Below are positions 34,770 to 44,062 of a stretch of DNA of 46,932 nucleotides, piece by piece. This DNA comes from Candidatus Aenigmatarchaeota archaeon (GTDB taxonomy: Archaea > Aenigmatarchaeota > Aenigmatarchaeia > CG10238-14 > SCSR01), in contig JAWCDI010000001.1 in the NCBI GenBank assembly GCA_044343505.1, positions 1 through 46,932 of the forward strand, read 5' to 3'. The translations under genes were made by a program, and so were the position numbers. Numbering within the stretch: position 1 is the first letter of the stretch; each line of letters opens with the position of its first letter. Under the pieces are notes generated by a model. That model saw only the letters and a program-made list of their open reading frames with translations. It ran no database searches and was not told where the DNA came from.

Positions 34770-34877
34770 ATGGCAGTAGACGAACTGCCAAAGCCTGAAG
34801 GTATATGCAAGTTCTGCAAAAGACCTATTTACAAAGATCTAGCTAAACACCAACTCATATGCCAATTCAAACAGTAA
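34770..34877 (+). CDS. Candidate 35-aa C2HC zinc-knuckle micro-protein (MAVDELPKPEGICKFCKRPIYKDLAKHQLICQFKQ)
   Basis: It is absent from the ORF track. It starts 17 nt after the Hsp20 stop and is preceded by AGAGGGG (SD-like). It has a CxxC...HxxxC arrangement. Confidence 0.3.
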   Translation: MAVDELPKPEGICKFCKRPIYKDLAKHQLICQFKQ

Positions 34878-34899
34878 AGATCGGATGAAATTTTTGTAA

Positions 34900-35928
34900 T
34901 TATCTAGTGAAAGAAATCCCCTCGACTTCTATCATCTTTTCTTTTTCGTTAACTGAAAACTCACAACCAAGTATTTTCTCACAAACCGATATGTTTGAAA
35001 TGCAGTGTTGAGTTATTTCCTCAACCTTGATAGAAGACTTACCATTGGCTAGAGCTAAGAATACCAGTATTTGATCTGCCATGAATTTATCTAGGGCAGC
35101 TCTGGATTGGATAGATTTGATCAAATCTTCTGCTACTTCTCTTCCTATTTCTTCTGCCCTTACCCCTTTCTTACCCACATTATCAGCACCGAGGATTGAA
35201 TTTTCAGTTTCAGCCCAAATTGTTATCGAAGTCCCTTTTGAGTAAGTTTGCGTTGAATAATGTTGAATTTGAATTTCCGATGTTATTCTTTTTAAAACTT
35301 CTTCAGCAGTTTTGGCTTGTCTTAAAGCCACTTCATCAGGAAGGCTACCAGCTATCGAAATTCCTTCGATCTTCAACAATTTTCCAGGTTCTGTTAATTT
35401 GATGGATGACAACGTTTTCACAGGTTGAAAAGTTACCCTTACTTTACCCCCACCTTTCGGATAAAAACCTTGTTTCAATATCTCTACTTCAGGTAGAGGA
35501 GCACCGAGCTTATTCAATATGGGAAAAGTTACGTACTTCAAGAATTCTATTGTTGGTGAACCTAAGCCAGCGGTACCTCCTGTTATTTCCAAAGTAACTT
35601 TCTTTTCGGCGAATAGTAACATCGGTGCAAGTGTTTGAAGAAGGAGTGAAATGCTACCCGCAGTTCCTATATCTATTTTTTTATCCCTAACATCAAATTT
35701 TTTCGGTTTGAATTCAAGTTGCATCGACCCGTATCTTAAACCTGAAACTTCAGCATCACAGAATTCTGCAGCTATTTTCACCCCTGTCAAGTGCTGAGGC
35801 ATTAAACCAGGTTTCGGTCGCGAAGCCCTTATGTTTATTATCTTCACAGGTTGAAGGGTTAATGCTGATAAAGCTATTGATGTCCTTAAAACTTGACCCC
35901 ACCCTTCTGAACCGTCTATTAGGATCAT
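34900..35928 (-). CDS. rtcA: RNA 3'-terminal phosphate cyclase
   Basis: MILIDGSEGWGQVLRTSIALSALT and RPKPGLMPQHL (catalytic His region). The start is set at ATG 35928 rather than the upstream extension. Confidence 0.9.
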   Translation of the reverse strand: MILIDGSEGWGQVLRTSIALSALTLQPVKIINIRASRPKPGLMPQHLTGVKIAAEFCDAEVSGLRYGSMQLEFKPKKFDVRDKKIDIGTAGSISLLLQTLAPMLLFAEKKVTLEITGGTAGLGSPTIEFLKYVTFPILNKLGAPLPEVEILKQGFYPKGGGKVRVTFQPVKTLSSIKLTEPGKLLKIEGISIAGSLPDEVALRQAKTAEEVLKRITSEIQIQHYSTQTYSKGTSITIWAETENSILGADNVGKKGVRAEEIGREVAEDLIKSIQSRAALDKFMADQILVFLALANGKSSIKVEEITQHCISNISVCEKILGCEFSVNEKEKMIEVEGISFTR

Positions 35929-35953
35929 AATAAAAATTCTGGAGAAAAATAAA

Positions 35954-36619
35954 TTAACTTGTACCTTTACCAAAACCTGCTATCGTGATGATTCCTAGGA
36001 AATTGAGGAGATAAGAAAATGGGATGAATTTCCTCGTGTTCATTTTAGCAGCACCAACAAGGGCAACACCTATTTCATCTGGTAAAGGAGAAGCTATGAT
36101 GAATCCGGCTATGACCGGAACAAACCACTTGAATTTTGAGTGTGCAGTTTTTTGCCATAACCATAACCTAAACCTGAGTTCTTTTGGTACTTTTCTTGAT
36201 AAATGTTTATTAGCCAAGAAATTATTAACTTCTTCATGTAACAATTTTATTTCATCCATCAGTCTATCCCTGAAGAACTTGAAGATAAGGTAATCGCTCA
36301 AAACAGAACCCGATGCACCTATCAAGGCGATTAAAAAAGGGTTGAATTGTCTACCAAGAGAAAATATGAGAGCTGTGGCTGGAGGAGTGGTTAAAGAAAA
36401 ACTGAATAACATACCAGCTATAAATGCTGAGAAATATCCCAAATATCCAAGGTTCTCTTCGATCCAATAACCAACTTCAGATTTAACGACGAAATAGGCC
36501 AATAAGATGCTCAAACCGAAAGCTGTAAGATTCTTATACTTCCACTTCTTGAGTTTATCAACATGGTTCCTAAAACTTTGATTCAACTTGCTTTTGAAGT
36601 AAGAGTATTTTTTCGACAT
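35954..36619 (-). CDS. Integral membrane protein (possibly DedA/VTT-like)
   Basis: 221 aa with about 5 TM segments and an ATG start. The family assignment is uncertain. Confidence 0.55.
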   Translation of the reverse strand: MSKKYSYFKSKLNQSFRNHVDKLKKWKYKNLTAFGLSILLAYFVVKSEVGYWIEENLGYLGYFSAFIAGMLFSFSLTTPPATALIFSLGRQFNPFLIALIGASGSVLSDYLIFKFFRDRLMDEIKLLHEEVNNFLANKHLSRKVPKELRFRLWLWQKTAHSKFKWFVPVIAGFIIASPLPDEIGVALVGAAKMNTRKFIPFSYLLNFLGIITIAGFGKGTS

Positions 36620-36653
36620 TCTTCTAAATTTGTTTTCAATAAATAAAAATTTT

Positions 36654-37835
36654 TCAGAAATTGTTCATCTTCTCTTCTATTCTGATCATCTCGTTCAACT
36701 TACTTATCCTATCCCCAGAAATCCCGAATTTCACGTAATCACAACCCAAACCAACTGCAAGATGTGATATTAAACTATCTTCAGTTTCACCAGACCTGTG
36801 AGACATTATAGTCACCATTTTATTCTCCTTTGCCAGTTTCACAACTTCTATAACATCACTTATCGTTCCAACTTGACTAGGCTTGATTATTATGGCATTT
36901 GTAGCTTTAATCTCAACACCATCTTTCAACCTTTTAAGGTTTGTCGAGTAAAGGTCATCACCAACTATCAATTTATTCGGTAAGCTTCGAGTCAACATGG
37001 AAAAAGAAACGAAATCATCCTCCATGAAAGGGTCTTCCAAATAACTTATAGGATATCCTTTAGCTAAATCTTCCATGAACTTGAGTTGCTCCATTTTACT
37101 CAAGATTTTGTTCGAACGTGGGTAAACGTAATACTGATTACCATCCCAAAGCTGTGATGCCGCCAGATCCATACCTATTCTCAACAAAAACTTGTTGGCA
37201 ATTTTCTTCAATATATTCAACACTTCAATGAAATTCAAACTTGTTATCCAGCCTGATTCCCAGTTCCTTCCGTAAACAAAACTCGGATCAACTTTTTTAA
37301 GTATCCTTCCGATTTCAACGTAAGCTTCTGAAATCTTGGATAAAGAATCGAAGAATGAAGATTGATGTAAAGGCAACAGTAAAAATTCTTGAATATCGCT
37401 TTCGTTATCTTTCCAACCACCGACAACGTTACAAACAGGTTTTGGTATTTTCAGTTCACTTCTAGTTAAATTAGAGAGATATTCAAAAACATCTAAACCT
37501 TCATTCAGGGAAAAAGATTTTAGGAAAGCTGAAGAAATAGCTAGAGCAAGATTTCCACCAATTTCTTTGAATTCTGGTGTTTTATCGATCGCCCTCAATA
37601 AATTATCAACATCTTCCAACTCTTTGAAATCTTCGTTCATGAAAGCTTTCCTTATCAAGTGGAATTTAGTTACACATTCTTCGACAGGTAAATAAACGAC
37701 TTCATGCTTTCCCCTGCTAGTTCCAATTGGTACTGAAGAGAAAACTTTACCTTTTTCAGTTTCTATCTCAACTTCAATTGTTTTTTTAGAATTTGTGGCT
37801 AGAATTTGTCTTATTCTCAAGTTTTTCACTTTCAT
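36654..37835 (-). CDS. eno: Enolase (short, divergent)
   Basis: GMDLAASQ, YLEDPF, VGDDLY, IIIKPSQVGT and SHRSGETED retain the metal and catalytic residue blocks. The N-terminal PIGTSRGKHEV replaces the canonical PSGASTGxxEA. Confidence 0.85.
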   Translation of the reverse strand: MKVKNLRIRQILATNSKKTIEVEIETEKGKVFSSVPIGTSRGKHEVVYLPVEECVTKFHLIRKAFMNEDFKELEDVDNLLRAIDKTPEFKEIGGNLALAISSAFLKSFSLNEGLDVFEYLSNLTRSELKIPKPVCNVVGGWKDNESDIQEFLLLPLHQSSFFDSLSKISEAYVEIGRILKKVDPSFVYGRNWESGWITSLNFIEVLNILKKIANKFLLRIGMDLAASQLWDGNQYYVYPRSNKILSKMEQLKFMEDLAKGYPISYLEDPFMEDDFVSFSMLTRSLPNKLIVGDDLYSTNLKRLKDGVEIKATNAIIIKPSQVGTISDVIEVVKLAKENKMVTIMSHRSGETEDSLISHLAVGLGCDYVKFGISGDRISKLNEMIRIEEKMNNF

Positions 37836-37928
37836 TAATTAAAATTTGTTTCTAGGAATTAAATTGATTAAAAATTCATCTCTATTTAAATCGTGAACTT
37901 CAAATCCACTTTTGCGACAAAAAAATGA

Positions 37929-39149
37929 TTATCTACCGAAAACGATCTCCCAAAGCTTCTTTCCATTTATCAGCTTAAGCTTACCTTTTTTCACAGAAAT
38001 CTCATCAAACTTTTGCACTTCGTCCTTACCTTTTCCATGGATTAAAATAGGTACTGGTCCGAATTCATGCTTTCTAGTTTTACAAGAAGTTATGTGATCG
38101 GAAGTTACTATCAAAATTCCGTTGAAATCCCTAAATCTTGCAAGGTGATCATCTATCCTCTCTATAACTTTCTGCTTCCTGAAAAAATCACCATCGTGGG
38201 CAGGCTCGTCAGGACCCTTAACATGAGCTAAAATGAAGTCATATTCCCCTAAAGCATTTTCCACGCTATCGAAAATAAATCTAAGAGTTTGTTCCAGGTT
38301 TAGTTCTGGTATCGTGATCGCGTCCAAACCACATAGAAGACAACAACCTTTCACCACACCATTTTCAGCGATGCAAACTCCTTTAGTTATGTTGTACTTC
38401 TTGAGAAAATTTTTAAGGTTTGGTAAGATGTTTCCCGCTTCTCTTGTTAGTATGTAGTTGGCTGGAGGTAAGCCATGCTTAATCCTCCTCTCGTTCGCAG
38501 GATGGTATTCGATTACTTGTCTCGCTTTATCTATGAATTCTTGAACAATTCTCGCAGATATTTCAGCTTCAGGGGATAAAGGTTCAACTTTCTTCACGAT
38601 TTCCCAATCAAAATACGGATCGCTATCGCTTATCTTATCACTCAACTTTTCTTTCAATATTAACACAGCCCTATGGCCATAAGTTCTTATGAAGATATGA
38701 TCGACTTCAAGCTTAACATGTTCATTAACATACCTCGCTATTTCATCTAAACCCTCGAAATTTCTACCAACTCTTCTATCGAGAACTCTTAATTCATTGT
38801 CAACTGTTGCAAAATTACATCTCAGCGCAAGCCAACCTTGTTGGTAAGGTATATCGGCACCAACAGCTTCTATAGGTCCTCTCTTCATCTCTTTAGGTTT
38901 TATTTCGTATCCTAAAAGAGAGAATGTGGATAGATGACTTACGCTAGACCTAGCTGCTTCATTCCAAAATTTTTTATCTAAAGGTAAAATTTCCCCACAC
39001 ATCCCAGTTCTAGCTAAAAAATCTAGGTTTGGTTTATGAGCTGAAGATAGAGGAGTTCTTGGTTCCGGAAAATCTGGAAGCCCATCAACGAGTAAGAAGA
39101 TAACTTTTTTCTCGAGTTTTCCCGATTTTTTCTTCCCCTTTTTCTTCAT
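37929..39149 (-). CDS. apgM: Cofactor-independent phosphoglycerate mutase, archaeal type (ApgM)
   Basis: LLVDGLPD near the N-terminus and VTSDHITSCKTRKHEFGPVP near the C-terminus (alkaline-phosphatase-superfamily metal sites), with a length of about 405 aa. ATG 39149 is preferred over TTG 39152. Confidence 0.85.
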   Translation of the reverse strand: MKKKGKKKSGKLEKKVIFLLVDGLPDFPEPRTPLSSAHKPNLDFLARTGMCGEILPLDKKFWNEAARSSVSHLSTFSLLGYEIKPKEMKRGPIEAVGADIPYQQGWLALRCNFATVDNELRVLDRRVGRNFEGLDEIARYVNEHVKLEVDHIFIRTYGHRAVLILKEKLSDKISDSDPYFDWEIVKKVEPLSPEAEISARIVQEFIDKARQVIEYHPANERRIKHGLPPANYILTREAGNILPNLKNFLKKYNITKGVCIAENGVVKGCCLLCGLDAITIPELNLEQTLRFIFDSVENALGEYDFILAHVKGPDEPAHDGDFFRKQKVIERIDDHLARFRDFNGILIVTSDHITSCKTRKHEFGPVPILIHGKGKDEVQKFDEISVKKGKLKLINGKKLWEIVFGR

Positions 39150-39186
39150 CAATTAAAATTTAGAATTCATCAAGAAAAAGTTTAAC

Positions 39187-39471
39187 CTAATCCTTCCATT
39201 TTTCATCCATCTCATTTAAAATTTTTTCAGCATATTCCGCTAACTTCTTTGATAGGTTGGCTTTTGCCAATAAGATTTTCCTCTTGAATAACGGATCTTT
39301 TCCTCTCATTTGTTCAGCAGCGAAAAGTGTTATGAAGGCTGTTTGAAGTTCCAGCCAGAAGAATGCTTTCTCCATGAACTTCTTGCTTTCTTGTTGGCTG
39401 GTTGTGGTTAAAGCTAATCTTTTCCATTTCTGATAATTCTCGTAACACATGGAAATTTCTTCATTCATCAT
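39187..39471 (-). CDS. Hypothetical small helical protein
   Basis: 94 aa with an ATG start. It overlaps the upstream 75-aa gene by 11 nt. I recognised no family. Confidence 0.5.
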   Translation of the reverse strand: MMNEEISMCYENYQKWKRLALTTTSQQESKKFMEKAFFWLELQTAFITLFAAEQMRGKDPLFKRKILLAKANLSKKLAEYAEKILNEMDEKWKD

Positions 39472-39688
39472 AAGAACCCAACTCCTGAAGTTGATTTAAT
39501 ATTGAGATAATCATTTGAAGATCTCTTTTTACTTGCCACTTTTCTTTTTCGTAAAAGTGATGATTGGAATATTTTTTAGCGATTTTGACGAATTCAGAAT
39601 ATTTTTCTGGAGAATATTTTTTCAACAAATCTTCATGTTGTGAAATTTTTACAACATATTTTCTAACTTCACGCACCTCATTTTTCAT
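39461..39688 (-). CDS. Hypothetical small helical protein
   Basis: 75 aa with an ATG start. It is the first gene of a two-gene overlapping pair. Confidence 0.5.
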   Translation of the reverse strand: MKNEVREVRKYVVKISQHEDLLKKYSPEKYSEFVKIAKKYSNHHFYEKEKWQVKRDLQMIISILNQLQELGSYDE

Positions 39689-39735
39689 TATGTCACCTTA
39701 CAGTAGTTACTATATAGGAACTAATATTTAAATGT

Positions 39736-39750
39736 TACTATTCTATAGTA
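39736..39750. promoter_or_regulatory. Palindrome TACTAT-N3-ATAGTA in a divergent intergenic region (candidate operator)
   Basis: It has perfect 6-bp arms. A third copy, GTTACTATA, lies at 39706-39714. The elements lie between the divergently transcribed small genes (39688 and 39789) and overlap TATA-like sequence. Confidence 0.25.
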
Positions 39751-39788
39751 GCGAAAAATTTAAATATACCAAACTTGTGTTTTAAAAT

Positions 39789-40097
39789 ATGGCCATCGTA
39801 ATTCGACCAAAGGATGAAGTAGAAAGGTCTTATTTGGATTGCTTAATTGAAGTTGTTAGGAGAAAAGGTATTAGAGGTGGAAGGGTTAGGAATGATGTTT
39901 ACATCGACTTGATGGGAGTCAAATTTCTCGTGAAAGAAGGAGATTACGTAATTTTCTACGATAATAAACCAAAGACAGTTGAAGACATAGGAAAAGCTCT
40001 TAAAGGAATGGGATACGAAGTAGGTTTTTTTGATTATTTGACTGTAAGTACTCTTAAATATTTTACTAAAACATTACAAAATCTTAACCAAGATTAA
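39789..40097 (+). CDS. Hypothetical protein
   Basis: 102 aa with an ATG start. Its 3' end overlaps the convergent beta-CASP gene by 14 nt. I recognised no family. Confidence 0.5.
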   Translation: MAIVIRPKDEVERSYLDCLIEVVRRKGIRGGRVRNDVYIDLMGVKFLVKEGDYVIFYDNKPKTVEDIGKALKGMGYEVGFFDYLTVSTLKYFTKTLQNLNQD

Positions 40098-41349
40098 AGA
40101 TCCTGTTGTTGGCAAGAGGAGCAACGGCATCGAAACCCTTTTCTTTCAGTTCATTGGCAAATTCTTCGGTATGGTCGCCGTGAATACAAAAAACTTTTTC
40201 TGGGTTTAGTTTATCCACGAGCTCAAAAAGCTCACTTCTTCCTGCATGCGCTGAAAAATCTAACCTCTTTACAGACATCTTAACTTCTAAATCCAATTCC
40301 TTGGTTATAAATCTTCCTGTTTCGAGTAATATTTTTCCAGGTGTATCTTCAAGTTGCCAACCCGTAAGTACCAGGCTAGACTTCTTATCGGCGTAAAGCT
40401 TCTTGATGTACCAAACAACTGGACCTCCTGTTAACATCCCACTCGTTGTTAAGATCACAGAAGGCTTCCTCAACGCTCTTTTCCTATCCTTTCTGGAATT
40501 AACATACTCAACTTTCTCTAACGCTTTATCCAAACTTTCAGGCTCTTTAAGAAGTTGATTGTATTGGTTTATTATCGTCGTCGCCTTTTTTGCCATACCA
40601 TCCAGGAAAATAGGATAATCGATTCCATGTTTATGCAGCACTAATAAAATCTCTTGGATTCTACCAACAGCGAAACCAGCTATTATACAATGCCCATCTA
40701 AAGCCAAAGTTTCCTCTATTATCCTTATCAATTCTTTTTCTTGTTCTTTCCTCTCAGGATGTTCTCTATCAGAATAAGTACTCTCTGTTATCAAGTAATG
40801 AACTTCTTGTAAGTTCAAATCAGCTTTTTTAAGTAGCCTCGTATCAGTTGCTTTTAAATCACCAGTGTAGAGGAGTTTTTTATCTTTGATATTCAACAAA
40901 ATCATCGCACTGCCAGGGATGTGACCTGCATCTAGGAATTCAAATTCAACTGACTTTAACTTGAAGTTGTGTCTGTAAGGTATGGAGACGAAATTCCTCA
41001 TACTTTCCCCCACATTTTTTCTCTTAAATGGCAAAGCCACACCTTCTTCATGACTTACTTTCAAAGAATCCATCAACAAGAGTTCAGTTAAAGGTTTAGT
41101 TACGTTTATCGAGTAAATCGGACAATGTTGACCATTGGCCGAAAAAATAGCAATAGCACCTGAATGATCTAAATGTGCGTGGGATAGCAATATAGCGTCT
41201 GGTCTACCTTGAACTGGAATGGGAAAAGTTGGTGGGACTTCTCTTATTTTCGTCCCATAATCCAACAAGATCTTCTCCTTCCTCGTATCGACTAGAATTC
41301 CGGAAGCACCAACAGTTTGCATAGCCCCTAGGAAACTTAACTGGAACAT
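40084..41349 (-). CDS. Metallo-beta-lactamase / beta-CASP ribonuclease (aCPSF2-like, no KH domains)
   Basis: LSHAHLDHSGA (HxHxDH), LDAGHIPGS and a CIHGDH C-terminal motif. The start is set at ATG 41349 (MFQLSFLGA), because the track extension overlaps the permease gene. Confidence 0.85.
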   Translation of the reverse strand: MFQLSFLGAMQTVGASGILVDTRKEKILLDYGTKIREVPPTFPIPVQGRPDAILLSHAHLDHSGAIAIFSANGQHCPIYSINVTKPLTELLLMDSLKVSHEEGVALPFKRKNVGESMRNFVSIPYRHNFKLKSVEFEFLDAGHIPGSAMILLNIKDKKLLYTGDLKATDTRLLKKADLNLQEVHYLITESTYSDREHPERKEQEKELIRIIEETLALDGHCIIAGFAVGRIQEILLVLHKHGIDYPIFLDGMAKKATTIINQYNQLLKEPESLDKALEKVEYVNSRKDRKRALRKPSVILTTSGMLTGGPVVWYIKKLYADKKSSLVLTGWQLEDTPGKILLETGRFITKELDLEVKMSVKRLDFSAHAGRSELFELVDKLNPEKVFCIHGDHTEEFANELKEKGFDAVAPLANNRIFNLG

Positions 41350-41381
41350 GAAATCTCTTTTATTTTTCTGTTTTCTCCTAT

Positions 41382-42671
41382 TTAACCTTTGAGTATTTGT
41401 TTCTTGATAAAGAACAACAACCATCCTATAACTAAAATTGAAAACGTTAATGAAAGCAAGTCTGCATCAAAGAAGCCTAACAAACTAATACAAGAAACAG
41501 CTCCGAGGAAAGCTGTTATTGGAAAATTGCCTATGTTTATGGGTGATTTAAAAGGTCTTTCCATTTCAGGTTTTGTATATCTCAAATATATCAAAGAAAG
41601 GTTTACAGCAGTGAAAGCTAGTAAAGAGTTGAGGCTAGTCAACTTAGCTACTCTATCTATTTTTCCGGAGAAAATGAAATAAACTGCTAGAATTGTTGAT
41701 ATAGCTATGGCTAAATACGGAGTTCTTCTCTTGGAATGTATTGCTGATATGAACCTGGGCAAAGAATTTTCTTTCGCCATACCATAGATAAGTCTTGAAC
41801 TGGCAACTGAAAGCCCTAAGCACGTACTAGATGTGGCAACGAGTGCAGCAATCGATATGAAGAGGAAAGCCATCTCACCGAAAACTTTTGAGATTGCAAA
41901 TGCTAAAGGAGCACTAGACCTAGCTAACTCTTTCCAATCAGCTAAGTTTAAGGCTGATATAGAAACTAGAGAGTAAAGCATCGCTGTTATTATGATGGAA
42001 AGAATTAAAGCCATCGGAATGTTGTGAGAAGGTTTTTTCGTTTCTTCAGCTAAGTATGCCACGTTCTCAAAACCAAGGTAAGCGAAGAACACAAGCGTTA
42101 CTGCTGAAAAAACACCTGACAAGCCGTGAGGAGCTTCGAAAAATCTGGAGAAATTGTTTGTTTTCGATAAGCCGGAAAAAATTATGAAGATTAAGCTAAC
42201 AAAAACTACAGAAATTAGAATCATGTTAACCCTTGAAGTTTCTTTTATCCCGTAAAAGTTTATGAGAGATAAAAATACCAACAAGGAAATTGAAATCGAT
42301 ATTCTCATCACATCATTTTCGATTCCAAGTAAATTCGTTAAGTATCCAGAAAATCCAAGGGATACAGCTGCCATACCCGATGTTAACGCGAATATCAAAA
42401 GCCAACCTATCAAGAAAGCCCAGAAATCACTCCCATAAGCTTTTTTCACGTATACGAACTCTGCCCCAGATTTAGGATACATGGCTGAAAGTTCAGCGTA
42501 GCTGAATCCAGTGAAGATAGAAATTAAAGCTGCTATTAAGAAAGAAACCCAAAGCGAGTTTCCTGCTAGCTTAGCTCCTTCTCCTATCAAAACGAAAATT
42601 CCAGCCCCAACTATGACGCTTATTCCATAAAAAACCACTTCTATTAAACCGAGCTCTCTCCTTAACTTCAT
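41382..42671 (-). CDS. APC-superfamily amino acid permease
   Basis: 429 aa with about 12 TM segments. The N-terminus (VVFYGISVIVGAGIFVLIGEGA) is typical of this family. Confidence 0.9.
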   Translation of the reverse strand: MKLRRELGLIEVVFYGISVIVGAGIFVLIGEGAKLAGNSLWVSFLIAALISIFTGFSYAELSAMYPKSGAEFVYVKKAYGSDFWAFLIGWLLIFALTSGMAAVSLGFSGYLTNLLGIENDVMRISISISLLVFLSLINFYGIKETSRVNMILISVVFVSLIFIIFSGLSKTNNFSRFFEAPHGLSGVFSAVTLVFFAYLGFENVAYLAEETKKPSHNIPMALILSIIITAMLYSLVSISALNLADWKELARSSAPLAFAISKVFGEMAFLFISIAALVATSSTCLGLSVASSRLIYGMAKENSLPRFISAIHSKRRTPYLAIAISTILAVYFIFSGKIDRVAKLTSLNSLLAFTAVNLSLIYLRYTKPEMERPFKSPINIGNFPITAFLGAVSCISLLGFFDADLLSLTFSILVIGWLLFFIKKQILKG

Positions 42672-42775
42672 AAATTATTTTTTGAATTCAAGAAATAAGA
42701 AAATGTGAGGAAAAATAAGTTGTTTTTTAAATAGATTGAATTTATTATCAAATCAAAAATAAAATAAGGGAGAAA

Positions 42776-44062
42776 ATGATAGACATAAAGCTCGTAAGGG
42801 AAAATCCTGAGCTTGTGAGGAAAAATTTGGAAAGAAGACAAGATCCGGAGAAACTGAAGATTCTTGAAGAACTAATAAACCACGACAAGCAATGGAGGGA
42901 AGCCCAAACAAAGTTGAATAAATTAAGGCAAAAAAGAAACGAATTGAGTAAAAAGATTGCTCTGTTGAAGAAAGAAGGTAAAGATTACGGAGATTTGGTG
43001 AAAGAAGCGGAAACAGTTTTAAGTGAGATGAAAGTGGTTGAAGCGAAAGCAAAAGAACTTAAAGAAAAAGTTAGGAATTACTTGCTCAGCATTCCAAACA
43101 TTTTGCATGAAAGCGTTCCTTACGGTAAAGACGAAAATGACAACGTTGAAATAAGGAGATGGGGTTCTCCACCTAAATTTAACTTCAAACCAAAAGATCA
43201 TCTAGAAATATTGAAAAATTTAGGGTTGATAGATCAAGAAAGGGCGGTAAGGGCAGCATGTTCAGGTTTCTTTTATCTTAAAGAAGAATTGGTTTTACTC
43301 GATTTGGCAATTCAAAGGTTTGCAATAGATGAATTGAGGAAAAAAGGTTTCATATTGATAGAACCTCCTTTCATGATAAACAGGAAAGCTTATGAAGGTA
43401 TGATAGACTTCAAAGATTTCGAAACTATGACTTACAAAATAGAAGGGGAGCCTTTGTATCTAATAGCTACTGCAGAGCATCCTTTAGGAGCAATGTACAT
43501 GGGAGAAGTTTTCAACAAAGATGAACTACCTTTAAAACTGTGTGGAGTTTCACCTTGCTTCAGGAAAGAAATTGGAACTCATGGTAAGTACACGAAGGGC
43601 TTGTTCAGGATGCATCAATTCAACAAAGTTGAGCAATTTGTTTTCTGCTTACCTGAGCAGAGTTGGGAAATATTTGAAGAGTTACAGAGAAATTCTGAAG
43701 AGCTTTATCAGAAGTTAGGGTTGCATTATCGTGTTGTTAATATTTGCACAGGAGACATAGGAGCTATAGCAGCTAAAAAGTATGACATAGAATGTTGGAT
43801 GGCCGATGGAAAATTCAGGGAAACTGGTAGCAATTCGAATTGTACCGATTACCAAGCAAGAAGGCTTAACATAAGATATAGGGAAAAGCCTGGCAAGCCA
43901 CCTATCGGTTTTGTGCATACACTCAACAACACAGCTTTAGCTACAAGTAGAACCATGCTCGCCATAATAGAACAATACCAGCAAGAAGACGGTAGCGTGA
44001 TCATACCTGAAGTGTTAAGGCCTTACATGGGTGGAATTAAAAAATTGGAAAAAATCAAGTGA
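42776..44062 (+). CDS. serS: Seryl-tRNA synthetase
   Basis: MIDIKLVRENPE starts an N-terminal coiled coil. Class II motifs FRKEIGTHG, RMHQFNKVE and GSNSNCTDYQARRLNIRY are present. Confidence 0.95.
   Translation: MIDIKLVRENPELVRKNLERRQDPEKLKILEELINHDKQWREAQTKLNKLRQKRNELSKKIALLKKEGKDYGDLVKEAETVLSEMKVVEAKAKELKEKVRNYLLSIPNILHESVPYGKDENDNVEIRRWGSPPKFNFKPKDHLEILKNLGLIDQERAVRAACSGFFYLKEELVLLDLAIQRFAIDELRKKGFILIEPPFMINRKAYEGMIDFKDFETMTYKIEGEPLYLIATAEHPLGAMYMGEVFNKDELPLKLCGVSPCFRKEIGTHGKYTKGLFRMHQFNKVEQFVFCLPEQSWEIFEELQRNSEELYQKLGLHYRVVNICTGDIGAIAAKKYDIECWMADGKFRETGSNSNCTDYQARRLNIRYREKPGKPPIGFVHTLNNTALATSRTMLAIIEQYQQEDGSVIIPEVLRPYMGGIKKLEKIK

Noticed and set aside
35929-35973. Upstream extension of the rtcA ORF
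   Set aside because: It overlaps the preceding membrane-protein gene. The RtcA family N-terminus (MILIDGSEG) starts at 35928.
36654-37835. Possible inactive enolase (short, with N-terminal PIGTSRGKHEV instead of PSGASTGxxEA)
   Set aside because: All the metal-binding and catalytic blocks I could check (MDLAAS, EDPF, GDDL, KPSQVGT, SHRSGETED) are retained, so it is probably functional.
41350-41424. Upstream extension of the beta-CASP ORF
   Set aside because: It overlaps the 3' end of the permease gene. The conserved N-terminus (MFQLSFLGA...) begins at ATG 41349.
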